From an uncultured Nitratifractor sp. (GTDB lineage Bacteria > Campylobacterota > Campylobacteria > Campylobacterales > Sulfurovaceae): a DNA stretch of 24,711 nucleotides. Made by a program: the position numbers and the translations under genes. Shown here in pieces: positions 23,149 to 24,711 of this stretch. Within the stretch, counting starts at the first letter, position 1; each line of letters opens with the position of its first letter. The stretch covers positions 1 to 24,711 of the forward strand of contig CAYPVY010000001.1 in NCBI GenBank assembly GCA_964414305.1, read 5' to 3'. The notes under the pieces are model-generated. The model was not told where the DNA came from. It worked only from the letters and a program-made list of their open reading frames with translations, and ran no database searches.

Positions 23149-23973
23149 CTACTTAATAAATGCTTGTGAATTTATTTTGCTTCTTATAATTCCAAGATAT
23201 TTAGCTGCTTCTGCTCTACTTCTAAATGGACCAACATATACTCTTCTATATCCATTTTGGCTTTTTATTCTATATTTAAATCCAGCTCTTGTTATCTTTC
23301 TAATAAAACTTTGCTCTGGACCTTTTGTAAATGAACCAACTTGTATATAAACATTACCTACACCACCATATGTTTTTGCCGCCCTTTTTGGAGTTGATTT
23401 ATTAACAACTTTATGCTCTTTTGGTTTTGTATGTTTAACTACTTTTGGAGCCTCTTTTCTCTCCTTTACAACAACATTGTTTGGAGGGGTCTCTTCTTTT
23501 TTAATATTATTACCAACTGGAGCAACACCTAAGCTATCTTCATTCTTAGCAACTTGTGTGCTATCTCCTTTTAATGCCATATCATTTTGATTTGCACTAT
23601 TTTGGTTATTATTTTGTGCCTCATCTACATTTACTGTATCCATACTAGAAGGCATACTCATATCACCTATAGGTGCTAAATCAGGGTCATTATTAGATGA
23701 TGCAACTGTTGTATCTTTAGTTGTATCTTTATTAATATTTTCATTACTAATATTATCTAGATTATTATTTACATCACTCTTAACCTCTACTTTTTGAGCA
23801 TTATCCTTTTGTTTATTTTCATCAGAAGTGCTATAAATCATTTTTGCTAATAGTGCACCAACTATTATTAATAAAATAACAAGTCCTAAAAGGGCTAATA
23901 ATCCTCTTGATTTACTTTTTTCTGGTTCTGGTTCAGTTAAAATTAAGTCATCTAATGTGTTGTCATTTCCCAT
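23149..23973 (-). CDS. bitopic SPOR-domain cell-division protein (DedD/FtsN-like)
   Basis: Short acidic N-tail, one TM helix, long low-complexity linker, C-terminal SPOR (YIQVGSF...YRRVYVGPFRSRAEA). Confidence 0.85.
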   Translation of the reverse strand: MGNDNTLDDLILTEPEPEKSKSRGLLALLGLVILLIIVGALLAKMIYSTSDENKQKDNAQKVEVKSDVNNNLDNISNENINKDTTKDTTVASSNNDPDLAPIGDMSMPSSMDTVNVDEAQNNNQNSANQNDMALKGDSTQVAKNEDSLGVAPVGNNIKKEETPPNNVVVKERKEAPKVVKHTKPKEHKVVNKSTPKRAAKTYGGVGNVYIQVGSFTKGPEQSFIRKITRAGFKYRIKSQNGYRRVYVGPFRSRAEAAKYLGIIRSKINSQAFIK

Positions 23974-24005
23974 GATTATACTCCAAATTTAGTTGTTTTG
24001 AGACT

Positions 24006-24014
24006 ATTATACCA
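24006..24014 (-). promoter_or_regulatory. extended -10 (TGGTATAAT) for SPOR-trpE-aroE
   Basis: TGnTATAAT preceded by a long T tract, 32 nt upstream of ATG 23973. Confidence 0.65.
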
Positions 24015-24078
24015 AAAAAAAGTAAATTTTAATATTAACCAATATAAGAAATTTAAATTTTTTACAATAACTTTACAC

Positions 24079-24597
24079 CTAAAAATTTATCAATTCTCTA
24101 GGAAGCTCCAATAAATTCCCAATTTTTGGAGCTTTAAAGTCTGGTAACACTCTCCACTCTTTATCTAATTTTTTTGTTAAATTTTTGTCAATTTCTTCAA
24201 CCAAACTATTAAAATCATCAAAATTTTTCATTTTTACCTCTACATATACAACCATTTTTGAGTTATCTAATGTAGTAATAAATATATTTTTAAAATTTTT
24301 TTGCTTAAAATAGTATTGCAAAAGAAAATAAAATGCTTCTTGATTAACTCCACAATATTCATAAACAATTGCATCTATATTTTCTAAAGAGATTGCTAAA
24401 TTTATATCTTTTTGAAGATGTCTTTTAAGGAGATTATTATCAATTTTGTCATTAAAATATTTATATCTTGAGTATATAGTATGACCATCTATATTCTCTT
24501 TTGAATAAATTGTAGGCTGCTCAATATAATAGCCTTTAGAGTCTTTTGTTAGATACTCTAAAAGCTCTTCTATATTATTAATAGATTGGTTTATCAT
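24079..24597 (-). CDS. DUF1882 family protein (Campylobacterota-specific)
   Basis: [29 protein letters not shown] pattern; position between glyA and the SPOR gene as recalled for C. jejuni Cj0402-Cj0405. Confidence 0.7.
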   Translation of the reverse strand: MINQSINNIEELLEYLTKDSKGYYIEQPTIYSKENIDGHTIYSRYKYFNDKIDNNLLKRHLQKDINLAISLENIDAIVYEYCGVNQEAFYFLLQYYFKQKNFKNIFITTLDNSKMVVYVEVKMKNFDDFNSLVEEIDKNLTKKLDKEWRVLPDFKAPKIGNLLELPRELINF

Positions 24598-24711
24598 ATA
24601 TAATAAAGTTACTAGCTAAATCTTTTACTTCTTCTTTTATTTTTGCTTGAAGCTTTGTATTATTAATATCATCTAAAATGTCAGCTATTTTATTTGCAAT
24701 CCATTCAAACT
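24578..24711 (-). CDS. glyA: serine hydroxymethyltransferase, C-terminal 43 aa (partial, runs off the window)
   Basis: Frame not in the ORF track reads [43 protein letters not shown], matching the recalled Campylobacter GlyA C-terminus; synteny with DUF1882. Confidence 0.8.
   Translation of the reverse strand, partial: FEWIANKIADILDDINNTKLQAKIKEEVKDLASNFIIYDKPIY

Noticed and set aside
893-23350. Antisense or alternate-frame ORFs in the track (893-1102, 1790-2320, 2633-2845, 4121-4318, 4637-4870, 6646-7047, 7270-7461, 7526-8164, 10659-10868, 15932-16144, 16651-16845, 16703-16894, 17484-17666, 18890-19147, 21636-21944, 23144-23350)
   Set aside because: Each lies inside a well-supported gene, and none shows a recognisable family motif; the antisense ones have the Phe/Ile/Ser-rich composition expected from the reverse strand of AT-rich coding DNA.
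1-24711. CRISPR array, tRNA/rRNA, IS elements, integrase or defence-system genes
   Set aside because: No regularly spaced repeats, RNA-gene signatures, terminal inverted repeats with target duplications, or transposase/nuclease defence ORFs were found; intergenic gaps are too short to hide them.

Overview
A gene-dense, very AT-rich (roughly 27% GC by eye) chromosomal window from a Campylobacterota (epsilonproteobacterial) genome, probably a free-living Sulfurovum/Sulfurimonas-like lineage. The assignment rests on the DUF1882-SPOR-aroE block, the lpxK/thrC block, the deacetylase-dprA-ruvX genes and TGnTATAAT promoters. Most of the window is housekeeping: queD, a lipoprotein cytochrome c, ppx/gppA, ilvA, thrC, argB, lpxK, ruvX, a nagZ-like GH3, dprA, trpE, aroE and the 3' end of glyA. 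I saw no rRNA, tRNA, CRISPR array, prophage or IS element. The most interesting region is 15708-19815 on the minus strand, a tightly coupled six-gene operon. It encodes a TusA/DUF2249-like protein, a 12-TM heme-copper-oxidase/NnrS-like His-bearing membrane protein, a DUF59/SufT-like Fe-S factor, a small CxxxC membrane protein, an aldehyde dehydrogenase and a DUF523/TudS-like protein. A perfect Crp/Fnr box (TTGAT-N4-ATCAA) lies upstream at about -41 relative to an extended -10, which suggests an uncharacterised NO- or anoxia-induced Fe-S/sulfur maintenance module. Next to it are a signal-peptide-bearing Hsp20 and a divergent exported rhodanese. Other oddities are a DegT-family protein with a degraded PLP site, a probable leaderless DUF455 mRNA and a cytochrome c on an internally duplicated helical tether. 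All calls come from motif recognition and recall; no database searches were run.
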